Assembly: GCA_046290225.1 (NCBI GenBank)
Contig: JBKAGE010000036.1
Location: 352,001 to 416,000 of the forward strand
DNA: 64,000 nt
Direction: 5' to 3'
Source of the DNA: Bradymonadia bacterium
Lineage (GTDB): Bacteria > Myxococcota_A > Bradymonadia > UBA7976 > UBA1532
Under the pieces are notes generated by a model that worked only from the letters and a program-made list of their open reading frames with translations, had not been told where the DNA came from and made no database searches. This document shows, in pieces, positions 19,850 through 28,896 of this stretch. The translations under genes were made by a program, and so were the position numbers. Each line of letters opens with the position of its first letter. Positions within the stretch are counted from its first letter, which is position 1.

Positions 19850-21004
19850 ATGTCCAGACCCCCTAGATTTTTCGCCACCTGTGGCCAGGGCATCGAGCCC
19901 TGGCTGTTCCAAGAAGCTCAGGCCCTCGGTCTGCCCGGCGCCACCCAGGCTCCTGGCGGAGTGGCCTTCGACGGCGATCGCGTCGACGGCATGAGGGCCT
20001 GCCTGTGGTTGCGCAGCGCCACCCGGGTCCTCGAGGTCGTGGGCGGCGGCCCCGCTCGCAGTGAGACAGGGCTCTACAAGGCCGCCAAGGCTGTGCCATG
20101 GGAGCGCTGGCTCACCCCGGAGACCACCTTCCGCGTGGACGCCACCGTGGCCCACAGCGCCCTCACCCACAGCGGCTATGTGGCCCTCAAGACCAAAGAC
20201 GGCCTCGTCGATCGGTTGCGGCAGAAGCTCGGCAGCCGGCCCAGTGTCTCTGTGGACGATCCGCAGGCCTGGATCAGGGTGCGGCTCTATCGGGATCAGG
20301 TGACCTTCGCCCTCGACCTCGCAGGCTACCCGCTGCATCTGCGGGGTCTCGATCGCGACGGCGGCATCGCCCCCCTCAAGGAGACCCTCGCCGCCGCCCT
20401 GGCCCTGGCCACAGACTGGGATGGCACGTCACCGCTGTACGATCCGTTCTGCGGCACCGGCACCCTCGCCGTCGAGGCGGCGTGGATCCACATGAACCGC
20501 GCCCCAGGTCTCGACCGGGTCTTCGGGTTCGAGGGTCTCGCCGACCACGCCGCGGATCCGTGGAGCACCCTCATCGACGAGGCCCTCGCCGCGGTGAAGC
20601 CCCAGCCCCCCGGGCCCATCATCCTGAGTGACTGGGATGCCGAGCAACGCCATCGAGCCCGACAACTGCTCGACTCAGCCGAGATCAAGGCCGAGGTGAA
20701 GTCGGCGGACGCCCGCAGCTTTACGCCCACCGAGGGACCAGGGGTCATCCTGACCAACCCGCCATATGGTGAGCGCCTCGACCCCGAGGGAGGCATCCCG
20801 CGCCTCTATCGGGCCTTCGGTGACCGCCTGAAGAGTCACGGCACGGGCTGTACGCTGCACATGATCACCACCCCGGCTTGTCTGAAGACCCTGGGCCTGC
20901 GCACCGAGCGCAAGCTCCCCTTCTACAACGGTGATCTCGACTGCCGACTGGTGAGAGTGCCCCTGTTCCAAGGGGCGCGGAAGGATCAGCGGGGTCGACG
21001 GTAG
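19850..21004 (+). CDS. THUMP-domain RNA methyltransferase (RlmL-like)
   Basis: APLKETLAAA, DPFCGTGTLAVEAA, NPPYGERL, C-terminal YNGDLDC. Confidence 0.9.
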   Translation: MSRPPRFFATCGQGIEPWLFQEAQALGLPGATQAPGGVAFDGDRVDGMRACLWLRSATRVLEVVGGGPARSETGLYKAAKAVPWERWLTPETTFRVDATVAHSALTHSGYVALKTKDGLVDRLRQKLGSRPSVSVDDPQAWIRVRLYRDQVTFALDLAGYPLHLRGLDRDGGIAPLKETLAAALALATDWDGTSPLYDPFCGTGTLAVEAAWIHMNRAPGLDRVFGFEGLADHAADPWSTLIDEALAAVKPQPPGPIILSDWDAEQRHRARQLLDSAEIKAEVKSADARSFTPTEGPGVILTNPPYGERLDPEGGIPRLYRAFGDRLKSHGTGCTLHMITTPACLKTLGLRTERKLPFYNGDLDCRLVRVPLFQGARKDQRGRR

Positions 21005-22701
21005 ATGTAGGCCCGTCGCGGGGCACACAAGCTCTCGAGGCGCCCGCCGAGAGAGAGGCCCACGAGCTCCATGGGGGCACACAGCCAACGACGGGGGCGA
21101 CTGGCGATGATCTCGGGCTCGCCCCAGGTCCTCACCTCGTCCAGCAGCTTCTCTACCTGCTGAACACACGCCTCGTCGAGCTTGCCGGTCTTGTCCTTGC
21201 TGCCACAGTTCTCGGGTTGCCTGATGGAGTAGTCCCAGCTCTCGGGGCGGAACAAGAAAGCGTCGACCCCCTTCAACGGGTCGTCTCCCGTGAAGACCTG
21301 CATGTGAGCGTCTTTGTAGATGAAGGCCTTGTCGGGGTGCTGCGTGAGCACCCGCATCTGGGGAAGCATGGTGCTGAAGCCGTCGTAGTACAGCGACACC
21401 GAGTAGGTGTGATGATCCGTGGCGAAGACCGTCTGGGGCTCTGCCTTGACGGTCTCGACGAATTGCGACTCGAACCATGTGTTGGTGCCGTCGTCGAGGC
21501 CTGCCCCCAGTAGACCGCTCACAGCCACGCCGGCGATGCCCAGGGGGGCGACAAAGGTGCGCCCCTTCAGCCACAAATCTCGCGCGAAGATCGCCACGGC
21601 CACCATGAGGGGCAGGGAGATGACCGCGTAGTAGCGCGGCATTCTGCCCAGATGTATCCATCGAGCGGGTGTGGTGGTCCCGTAGGCCGTCCAGAGGAAG
21701 ACCACGGCGAACCACAACACGAGGGGTCGCATGGCCTGATGCTTCACGGCGGCATAGGCCAGCGCCGGCAAGCCCACGATGTAGTAGAGCGCGAACTCCT
21801 GGTTGAGAGCCGCCATGGACCATGGCCCCAACCAGAACGACGCCAGGGCCGTGCCCTCGATGAGTTGGCTGGTGCCCTCCCAGTTGACGATGAAGCCCCA
21901 GCCCAGGCCGTCGTTCTGAGAGCGGTTGGCCTGCTTGAAGCTGTACCACCACTCCTCGTGGAACACGTAGTAGGCAAAGCTCTCGGCGAAGAGGAATGCC
22001 ACCACCCCGGCCACCACCAGGCCCCACCCCCAGGTGAAGCGCTTGCGCCACATCAGCAGGTAGCAGCCGAAGAACAGGAACACGAAGAGCGAGGTGATGT
22101 GGATCAGATAGGCCATGCCCAGCACGCTGCCGATGAGCAGCCACTGTGTGGCCTTCACCGTCTCCCCACCCTCACGCTGTTTTTCAGCTTTGAAAAACAG
22201 ATACATGGCCCATGAGACGAAGAGCGCCTGGGGCTCCGTAGGCCACAACACACTGGCGAAAATGATGCTCAGGGGGAAACACGCCATGAGCCCTGCAGCG
22301 AGAAGGCCCACTTGCTCGGAGACGAAGAGGCGCCCGAAGCGATGGGCCAGCACGATCAGGCCCAGAGAGCACACAAAGGGGAAGGCCCCGGTGGTCCAGT
22401 CGGAGACCCCGAAGAGCGAGTAGAGCAGCGCCACAGGGAACACGAGGCCTTTTCGAAGGCTGTGGTGGTTGTGCACGAACTCTTCAGGCGGCGCTCCGAA
22501 GAGCGTGCTCGCCTCGATGCGGGCCAGATCGGCGTAGTTGAGATCGTCCGTGCCCCAGAGATGGCTCGCCATCGCCAGGCGCACCACGGCGCCAAAGAGC
22601 ACGATGGTCACAAGCCACGCCTGTGGACTCATACGTTCGTAGATTCGCTCGATGATGCGCACAGAGGTTTCCGGCCGCCTTTGGGTCACCTGATGGCTCA
22701 T
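20986..22701 (-). CDS. ArnT/PMT-like (GT-C) membrane glycosyltransferase
   Basis: About 11-13 TM segments, early DDLNY motif, LYSLFGVS, MPRYY. ATG at 22701 preferred over GTG at 22743. Confidence 0.78.
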   Translation of the reverse strand: MSHQVTQRRPETSVRIIERIYERMSPQAWLVTIVLFGAVVRLAMASHLWGTDDLNYADLARIEASTLFGAPPEEFVHNHHSLRKGLVFPVALLYSLFGVSDWTTGAFPFVCSLGLIVLAHRFGRLFVSEQVGLLAAGLMACFPLSIIFASVLWPTEPQALFVSWAMYLFFKAEKQREGGETVKATQWLLIGSVLGMAYLIHITSLFVFLFFGCYLLMWRKRFTWGWGLVVAGVVAFLFAESFAYYVFHEEWWYSFKQANRSQNDGLGWGFIVNWEGTSQLIEGTALASFWLGPWSMAALNQEFALYYIVGLPALAYAAVKHQAMRPLVLWFAVVFLWTAYGTTTPARWIHLGRMPRYYAVISLPLMVAVAIFARDLWLKGRTFVAPLGIAGVAVSGLLGAGLDDGTNTWFESQFVETVKAEPQTVFATDHHTYSVSLYYDGFSTMLPQMRVLTQHPDKAFIYKDAHMQVFTGDDPLKGVDAFLFRPESWDYSIRQPENCGSKDKTGKLDEACVQQVEKLLDEVRTWGEPEIIASRPRRWLCAPMELVGLSLGGRLESLCAPRRAYIYRRPR

Positions 22702-22765
22702 GTTCAACTTCGAACTCCCCCGGCCACGCCGCTGTGAGGGCACTGGCCGTCAAGACTCCATCGTA

Positions 22766-22816
22766 AGGGCGAGCACTCAGCGCGTTGACACATCAACCTC
22801 TGCGCATGCTCGCCCT
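22766..22816. promoter_or_regulatory. Stem-loop upstream of the glycosyltransferase gene
   Basis: AGGGCGAGCA (22766-22775) / TGCTCGCCCT (22807-22816) enclosing GTTGA-CACA-TCAAC. Confidence 0.45.
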
Positions 22817-22825
22817 ACAGTTCGA

Positions 22826-22995
22826 TTTCGACGTTGGGGGGCAAATCTTGAGTGATTCGCGGATGTTTGCGTTCAGAAGACCCATTGTTCAGATTCGGTA
22901 CACATGCACCGTACCGCATTCTTCGGGCCGCAATCGAGCCCTTGGGCCGTCTTTGAACGCACGGGTCGCCTGAACCAGGCCTGGGACACCGAAAT
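22826..22995 (-). ncRNA. Candidate structured non-coding RNA (family unassigned, possibly 6S-like)
   Basis: Nested stems: TGCGTTCAGAAGAC 22868-22881 / GTCTTTGAACGCA 22949-22961, CGGTAC/GTACCG hairpin, and an outer stem that closes with G-U pairs on the minus strand. Confidence 0.4.
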
Positions 22996-23055
22996 TTAAG
23001 GGAGGGGAAGTCTAAGGGAGGATGCTCGGCAAACGCTCGAGCACAATGGGCGGCC

Positions 23056-23412
23056 TCAGGCCTCGGCGGCTTCGGCAGTCTCGGCCTTGGGAGCCTCTTC
23101 AGCAGCAGCCTCGGGGGCCTCTTCGGCAGCAGCCTCAGCCTCGTCGCCCTTGGCCTCGTTGTTCTCGTCGCGGCGACGATCGTTGCGGCTGTCGCCACGA
23201 CGACGCTCACGGGTCTCGTAGACGTAGCTGTCGAGCTGGCCGTGGCTGAAGTTCATGGTGACGATGCCGTCGACGCGCTCCACGAGCACGCGGCCCTGGT
23301 GCTCGCTGCTCAGGGACTTGGCCCGAGCCACGGCCTCGTGATGACCGACGATGGCCTCCACCTCGGTGCCGAAGGTCACGTTGAAGGTCACGGAATCCTG
23401 CTCATTCGCCAT
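23056..23412 (-). CDS. Small hypothetical protein with Arg-rich then Ala/Glu-rich tail
   Basis: Strong GC3 codon bias, GAGAG before ATG 23412, compact N-terminal domain followed by a disordered tail. Confidence 0.7.
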   Translation of the reverse strand: MANEQDSVTFNVTFGTEVEAIVGHHEAVARAKSLSSEHQGRVLVERVDGIVTMNFSHGQLDSYVYETRERRRGDSRNDRRRDENNEAKGDEAEAAAEEAPEAAAEEAPKAETAEAAEA

Positions 23413-23629
23413 GATAATCACTCTCATGTTGGGGGCGCTGGAGGCTCACCAAGACCTCGCAGGGTGCATATATCTCGCGCACCCGGCGCCGCGCCGACGC
23501 AAATCATCCGCCCCGGCTCAGGTGAATGACGCACAAGGGGGCTTACAAGGTCGCGCATACTGCATTGGCGGTGTAGTGACTGTCAAGGACCCTGGCCGAT
23601 CCCACACCTGGCAATCTGGAGACCATCAG

Positions 23630-24079
23630 ATGAAAGCCCTCTCGATCCTCTTGCTCAGCCTGCTCCCCGCCCTGGGGCACGGAAAGTCAGCCCGGAGCTT
23701 CGGCGCGGGGGTCATCCTCGGCGATCCCACCGGTCTGTCGGCCAAATACTTCATCGATCGCACCCACGCCCTGGACGGGGCCCTCGATTATGATTTCGCG
23801 GACGAGGCCTATCACCTGCACGTGGGCTATCTGTTGCATCTGAGCCCTTTCAAGAAGGACTTCGTGCCCTATGTGGGCATCGGCGGGCGGCTGCGCATCA
23901 GAGATCGCGATGACAAGAAGGACGAGGAGCGACTGGGCGCCCGAGCCCCCCTGGGCATCGCCTGGATGCCCAAGCACACGCCCATCGACGTGTTCCTCGA
24001 GGTGGCCCCGGTGCTCAATGTGCTGCCGGACAGCGACATCGACATCGATGCAGGGCTGGGCATCAGATACTGGTTCTGA
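23630..24079 (+). CDS. Small outer-membrane beta-barrel protein (DUF3996-like)
   Basis: GGAG RBS, signal peptide, FGAGVILGDPTGLSAKY, C-terminal GIRYWF. Confidence 0.8.
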   Translation: MKALSILLLSLLPALGHGKSARSFGAGVILGDPTGLSAKYFIDRTHALDGALDYDFADEAYHLHVGYLLHLSPFKKDFVPYVGIGGRLRIRDRDDKKDEERLGARAPLGIAWMPKHTPIDVFLEVAPVLNVLPDSDIDIDAGLGIRYWF

Positions 24080-24106
24080 GAAGAGCAGGCAGGGCGAGGG
24101 GCCAGC

Positions 24107-24727
24107 TCAGAAGTTGGAGCGCAGGCCTACAGTGACGGGGATGTTGTCGAAGGTGGTGGTGTAGTCGTCGCCATAGGTGCGGGTGCAGTAGTAACCCACG
24201 TCGGCAAATGCGGAGACCGAGTTGTTGATGGCGAACGACCCACCGAAGGCGAAGCGGTAGCTCCACCCGAAGCGGGTGGAATCGAGGGGCTCAGCGTCAC
24301 CGGCGGAGGTCCAAATCGAAGGCCCGATGCCGAACATGGCGCCCACGGAGACCTTGTCACCGACAGGGAAGCTCATACGGGCCCGCACGTGGGGGCTCAT
24401 GATGAGGTGACGCTCGTCGGCGCCGTCGCCCTTGGCCCAGACGAACATGTACTCGGCGCCGAAGGCCACCGACTGCCCGAGCATCTTCTCCACTGCGGGG
24501 ATGATGGCGAGGGTCAGATCCGCATCTTGTGCGTCGAACTGCAGATTGGTGTCGTCGTGATCGAACTCGTACTGGCTGGCGATGCCCATCTGGAACCCCA
24601 GCGAGCCGACGACCTTGCCAGGGCGCTGAGTGGCCTGCTTCTGGACATCTTGAGCGGAGGCGGTGCCGACAGCGCCAGCGGTGAGCAGGGCGCCGGCGGC
24701 GAGGGCGGAGGCGAGGCGAAGAGACAT
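24107..24727 (-). CDS. Outer-membrane beta-barrel protein
   Basis: Signal peptide ending ASA, alternating beta-strand pattern, C-terminal GLRSNF. Confidence 0.75.
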   Translation of the reverse strand: MSLRLASALAAGALLTAGAVGTASAQDVQKQATQRPGKVVGSLGFQMGIASQYEFDHDDTNLQFDAQDADLTLAIIPAVEKMLGQSVAFGAEYMFVWAKGDGADERHLIMSPHVRARMSFPVGDKVSVGAMFGIGPSIWTSAGDAEPLDSTRFGWSYRFAFGGSFAINNSVSAFADVGYYCTRTYGDDYTTTFDNIPVTVGLRSNF

Positions 24728-24843
24728 GATTCTAACTCCCGGTACGTGCATTCCCATCACACGAAATCCTCTACTTCGTGATGGGAACGAGCGGCGTTCG
24801 GGCTTTCTTCTACCTCATCCGCCCTGATGAAAACCAAGAATCG

Positions 24844-26028
24844 TTATTTGATGATCTCCATGCGGCTGAGATCGCGGGTCATGTTCTTCTGGTGGGCCTC
24901 GATGGTGCCCCCGCCGATCTCGAGGAGCTTGGCGTCTCGCCACAGGCGCTCCACGTGGTACTCACCGATGTAGCCATAACCGCCGAGGACCTGGATCGCC
25001 CGATCGGCGACGTTCTTGGCCATGGTGGAGCAGTAGAGCTTCACCCCGTCGGAATCGAGGCGGTTGCCGGCCTTGTCGAGGCGCATGGCCTGGGCGGTGC
25101 TGTAGACGTAGGACCGGCCCGCCATGAACTCGGCGTAGCTCTCGGCGATGTGACGCTGAATCTGACCAAAGCGGTTGATGGAGTGTCCGAAGGCCTGCCG
25201 CTCGGTGGCGTAGCGGTTCATGACCTCGATGCACCGCCGGGCGATGCCCAGGCTCATGGCGGCGAGGGTGAGGCGCTCGAGCTCGAGGTTGCGCATCATG
25301 TGCAGGGTGGCGTCGCCTTCTTCGCCGACGCGGTTGGCCAGGGGCACCTCGCAGTCTTCGAAGACGAGCTCTGCCGTAGGCGAGGCCCGCATGCCCAGCT
25401 TGTCCTTGATGCGCTGGCCCAGGCTGAAGCCCGGCATACCCTTCTCCACGATGAACATGGAGACCCCGGCGGCCCCTCGGCCCTCCTGAGTGCGGGCGTA
25501 GACCAGAAACACGTCGCCGAGCTCGGTGTCGCTCACGGCGCCGTTGGTGATCCACATCTTGTTGCCGGTGAGCCGGTAGACATCGCCATCTCGTACCGCC
25601 CGAGTGGTCATGCCCAACACATCGGTCCCTGCCCCGGGCTCACTCATGCACATGCCGCCCACGAGGCTGCCGTCGCACAACCCCGGCAGCAAACGGGCCC
25701 GCTGGGCGTCGCTGCCGTTCTGGTCGAGGTTGTTCACGCACAAAATCGCGTGGGCGAGGTAGGCCAGGGTAAAGCCAGGGTCGACGGCGGAGAGCTCTTC
25801 GTGGGCGATGACCGCGGCCACGGCGTCCATGCCGGCGCCGCCATGATCCGGATCAGCGGTGATGCCCAGCACCCCCAGCTCCTGGCCGAGGCGGCGGAAC
25901 AGCTGGAGGTTGAACTTCTCTGCTCGATCGAACTCCGGCGCCTGAGGACCCACCTCCCGCTCGGCGAACTTTCTCAGGGTGCGGCGCAGCTCCGCGTGCT
26001 CTGACGTGGGGTTGAACAGATCAGCCAT
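24844..26028 (-). CDS. Acyl-CoA dehydrogenase (isovaleryl-CoA dehydrogenase-like)
   Basis: MSEPGAGTD, GNKMWITNG, KLGMRASPTAELVF, QVLGGYGY, RDAKLLEIGGGT. Confidence 0.93.
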   Translation of the reverse strand: MADLFNPTSEHAELRRTLRKFAEREVGPQAPEFDRAEKFNLQLFRRLGQELGVLGITADPDHGGAGMDAVAAVIAHEELSAVDPGFTLAYLAHAILCVNNLDQNGSDAQRARLLPGLCDGSLVGGMCMSEPGAGTDVLGMTTRAVRDGDVYRLTGNKMWITNGAVSDTELGDVFLVYARTQEGRGAAGVSMFIVEKGMPGFSLGQRIKDKLGMRASPTAELVFEDCEVPLANRVGEEGDATLHMMRNLELERLTLAAMSLGIARRCIEVMNRYATERQAFGHSINRFGQIQRHIAESYAEFMAGRSYVYSTAQAMRLDKAGNRLDSDGVKLYCSTMAKNVADRAIQVLGGYGYIGEYHVERLWRDAKLLEIGGGTIEAHQKNMTRDLSRMEIIK

Positions 26029-26277
26029 GGAATCTCTCTGCAGGTGGCCACCCTGATCCCGAGGTCACAGATGGCCACTCCAGTGGCCACCCACAAAACG
26101 CTCCAAAGGGCTCTGTAAAGGGGTGGTCAGGATGTTGTGAAAGGGCAAACAACTGAATTCAAGTGCCTTTTTACAAAATGCCCGAGCAGGACGCCACTGG
26201 AACGTGATGTGCATTCCTCATTGGTCATGTTTCGGCGCGGCCACTGGCCCCGCCACCTTCGACTCCGGGAGAGCATC

Positions 26278-28005
26278 ATGGCCCTTCAGCGCAGCACTCA
26301 GCTCAACCTTCTCTATGCACTGACGCTGGTCTTCGCCGCCGGTTGCGCCGGGGGCTCGGATGACGCCGGCCTCCCTACGGCCCCCGGGTCGGAGCAGATG
26401 GGTCCCGGGATGCCTGGGGCGGAGCAGCCTCCGGGCAACGAAGATCCCGGCGGCGATCGCGTGGCCCCTGGGGTGCGGCAGCTGGTCATCGACGGCCAGC
26501 TCAGTCACCTCGCCACCTTTGGTGAGCGCGTGGCCCTGCCAGTGTTCTACCTCGACTCCGCCGACGCCCCCATCGCCAACCAACGCGTCACCGCCCGCCT
26601 GCTCGACGCCCCTGGGGGCACCGACTTGGGCCCCGCAGCTGACGGCAGCGGCCTGGGCAGCACCCAGGTCACCACCGACGCCGCAGGCCTGGCGACCTTC
26701 GAGCTGCTCGCCGGCGCTGTGGACACCCGCTTCACCATCGAGGCCAGCGCCGATGGCGCCGCGCCGGTGTACTGGACCATCGCCGTGGGCGCCGCCCCCG
26801 GTGGCAGCCTCACCGTGATCATCGAGGCCAGCGCCGCCCCTGACCACGCCTATGTGGGCCTGCACCAGTCCCCAGGCTGCAACGCCGCTGAAGGCGGCGC
26901 TCCGGCCATGCAGCAGGTGGGCCCGGTGGACCTCCAGCCCCCGACCACCTCGGTGAACGTGGGCGATCTCGCCGCCGGTGTTGTGGTGAGCGTGGCGGTG
27001 ACGGGGCATGACGCCAGCGGACAGGCCGTGGCCTTCGGCTGCGTCGATGGGGTGCAGATCAAAGGCAGCGACGAGACGGTGGTCCGTGTGACCATCGACG
27101 ATGCCCCCCTCAACGTCGGCGGCACCTTCGCTGTGGTGCACAACTTCGACCTGACCCAGGCCCTCGGTGAGAACGCCGTGCTCCGGACCATCGGCGAGAT
27201 CGGCGGCGGCAACGTGAGCCGGGGCAGCGCCCTGGTGGATCTGCTCTGTGACAACATCGAGCTCAACGACATCATCTGCATTGGCCTGCGGGCCATCGGT
27301 GGCGGGGTCATCGACAACCTCATCGACACCCAGGTACCCCCTGAGACCCTCGAGGCCCTCGACGCCCTGGGCGATCTCTACGACGCGGTCTCGGACCTTA
27401 CGGTGCACGGGCAGATGACCCTCACCACCCCCAACGGCGACCGCCTCAGCGGCAACACCCAGCGCTGGACGGAGCTGAGCTTCCAGTGGCGTGACGGTTG
27501 CCCCTTCGACGATCCTGCCCAGTGCATGAACACCTTCTCCATGGCGGATCTCGAGGTGCCCGGGGGTGCCGTGGAAGGCACCTTCGAGGCCAGCCTCTCC
27601 GGCGAGACCCAGGTGAGCATCGAGTCCCACGTGATGCCCCTGCCCTACGGCACCGCGGTGCGGGTGGCGGCAGAGTACTGGGTGCTCCCCAACGCTCTGG
27701 GCCGCGGCGGCCCGGTCACCGTAGAAGACGTGGTGGCCGACCTGGTGCCCTGCGCCGCCCTCGCAGCGCAGGTCCCCGTGCTCTCTCAGGATTTCTGTGA
27801 AGACACCATCATCACCGCCCTTGCCGACCTGATCTACGACCAGTTCAGCCAACTCAACCCAGGCCTCGAGGGCATGCAGCTCTCGGGCACGGTGCAGACG
27901 GTGGATACGACGGGGAACCGTCAGGCGGATCGCCTGGAAGAAGGCATGTGGAACGCCACGGTCGATGGCCTCGGCGCAGTGACGGGGGTCTTCGGCAGTC
28001 GCTGA
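26278..28005 (+). CDS. Lipoprotein with Ig-like domain, function unknown
   Basis: Lipobox FAAGC after ATG 26278; TTDAAGLATFEL Ig-like motif; paired cysteines. Confidence 0.75.
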   Translation: MALQRSTQLNLLYALTLVFAAGCAGGSDDAGLPTAPGSEQMGPGMPGAEQPPGNEDPGGDRVAPGVRQLVIDGQLSHLATFGERVALPVFYLDSADAPIANQRVTARLLDAPGGTDLGPAADGSGLGSTQVTTDAAGLATFELLAGAVDTRFTIEASADGAAPVYWTIAVGAAPGGSLTVIIEASAAPDHAYVGLHQSPGCNAAEGGAPAMQQVGPVDLQPPTTSVNVGDLAAGVVVSVAVTGHDASGQAVAFGCVDGVQIKGSDETVVRVTIDDAPLNVGGTFAVVHNFDLTQALGENAVLRTIGEIGGGNVSRGSALVDLLCDNIELNDIICIGLRAIGGGVIDNLIDTQVPPETLEALDALGDLYDAVSDLTVHGQMTLTTPNGDRLSGNTQRWTELSFQWRDGCPFDDPAQCMNTFSMADLEVPGGAVEGTFEASLSGETQVSIESHVMPLPYGTAVRVAAEYWVLPNALGRGGPVTVEDVVADLVPCAALAAQVPVLSQDFCEDTIITALADLIYDQFSQLNPGLEGMQLSGTVQTVDTTGNRQADRLEEGMWNATVDGLGAVTGVFGSR

Positions 28006-28017
28006 GGTCTGAGCGCC

Positions 28018-28896
28018 TTACTGCTCGGCGCCCGTACCCGTACCCGTACCCGCCCGCACCTTCAGCTGCCCCTTCTTGATGCGCGCCTTCACCTGCTCGA
28101 AGGTCAGCTTGGTGCCCCGACACTTGTAGTCAGGCTTGCTGTTTCGAACCACCTTGTCACCGTAGCGGCTCTTGATCTCGTTGCCAATGTCCTTCATGCG
28201 CCGGTCGCTCGAGGGGTGTGACGACAGGAACTCCGGCATGCCCCCACCCTGCCCTGCGAGGCGCTCGAAGAAGTCCACGAGGCCGTAGGGGTTGTAGCCC
28301 GACTCGAAGGCGATCTGCAGGCCCACGCTGTCAGACTCGGCTTCGTCTTCACGGCTGAACTTGGTGCCCTGCAACAGCCCGAAGATGCCGTTGGCGGCAT
28401 CTTTGGTCAGGCCGTCTTCGAGGAAGAAGCCGGCGATCATGTCCACCGTGTAGGCCGCCTCGATGGACTTCACGCCGTGCTTCTGGGTCACGTGGCCCAG
28501 CTCGTGGCCCATGACCCCTGCCACCTCGGCGCAGCTGCCGGCCTGCAAGATGAACCCGGTGGAGAGGTAGGTGAAGCCTCCAGGGGCGGCAAAGGCGTTC
28601 ACCAGCTCGTTGTCGGCGATGACCTCCACCTTGTAGCCCCCGATGTCGTCGGGGTTGCGGAACGGCTTGCTCGAGGGCACGAGGCCCTTCACGAGCTGCC
28701 GCGCCCACAGCGCCACAGGATCGCTGTCTTCGAGCAGCTTGTACTGCTCTTCCAGGGCCTGGTCGACGCCCTGGCCGATCTCCACCTCTTGTTGATTGGT
28801 GATGAGGCCGCCACAGCCTGTGAGGGCGCCAAAGCCAAAGGTGAGGGCGAGACCGCCCGCGATCCGGATCAGATGTTTCATGTGCATGCTCTTCAT
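28018..28896 (-). CDS. M48-family metalloprotease lipoprotein (BepA/LoiP-like)
   Basis: Lipobox LTGC, VNAFAAPGG, HELGH, FSREDEAESD, FLSSHP. Confidence 0.92.
   Translation of the reverse strand: MKSMHMKHLIRIAGGLALTFGFGALTGCGGLITNQQEVEIGQGVDQALEEQYKLLEDSDPVALWARQLVKGLVPSSKPFRNPDDIGGYKVEVIADNELVNAFAAPGGFTYLSTGFILQAGSCAEVAGVMGHELGHVTQKHGVKSIEAAYTVDMIAGFFLEDGLTKDAANGIFGLLQGTKFSREDEAESDSVGLQIAFESGYNPYGLVDFFERLAGQGGGMPEFLSSHPSSDRRMKDIGNEIKSRYGDKVVRNSKPDYKCRGTKLTFEQVKARIKKGQLKVRAGTGTGTGAEQ

Noticed and set aside
20986..21004. 19-bp 3' overlap of convergent methyltransferase and glycosyltransferase genes
   Set aside because: Common in compact GC-rich genomes; no further signal.
22835..22860. GGGGGGCAAA as a tmRNA or tRNA 5' end
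   Set aside because: No T-loop/CCA end or tag reading frame found, and the region is too short for tmRNA.
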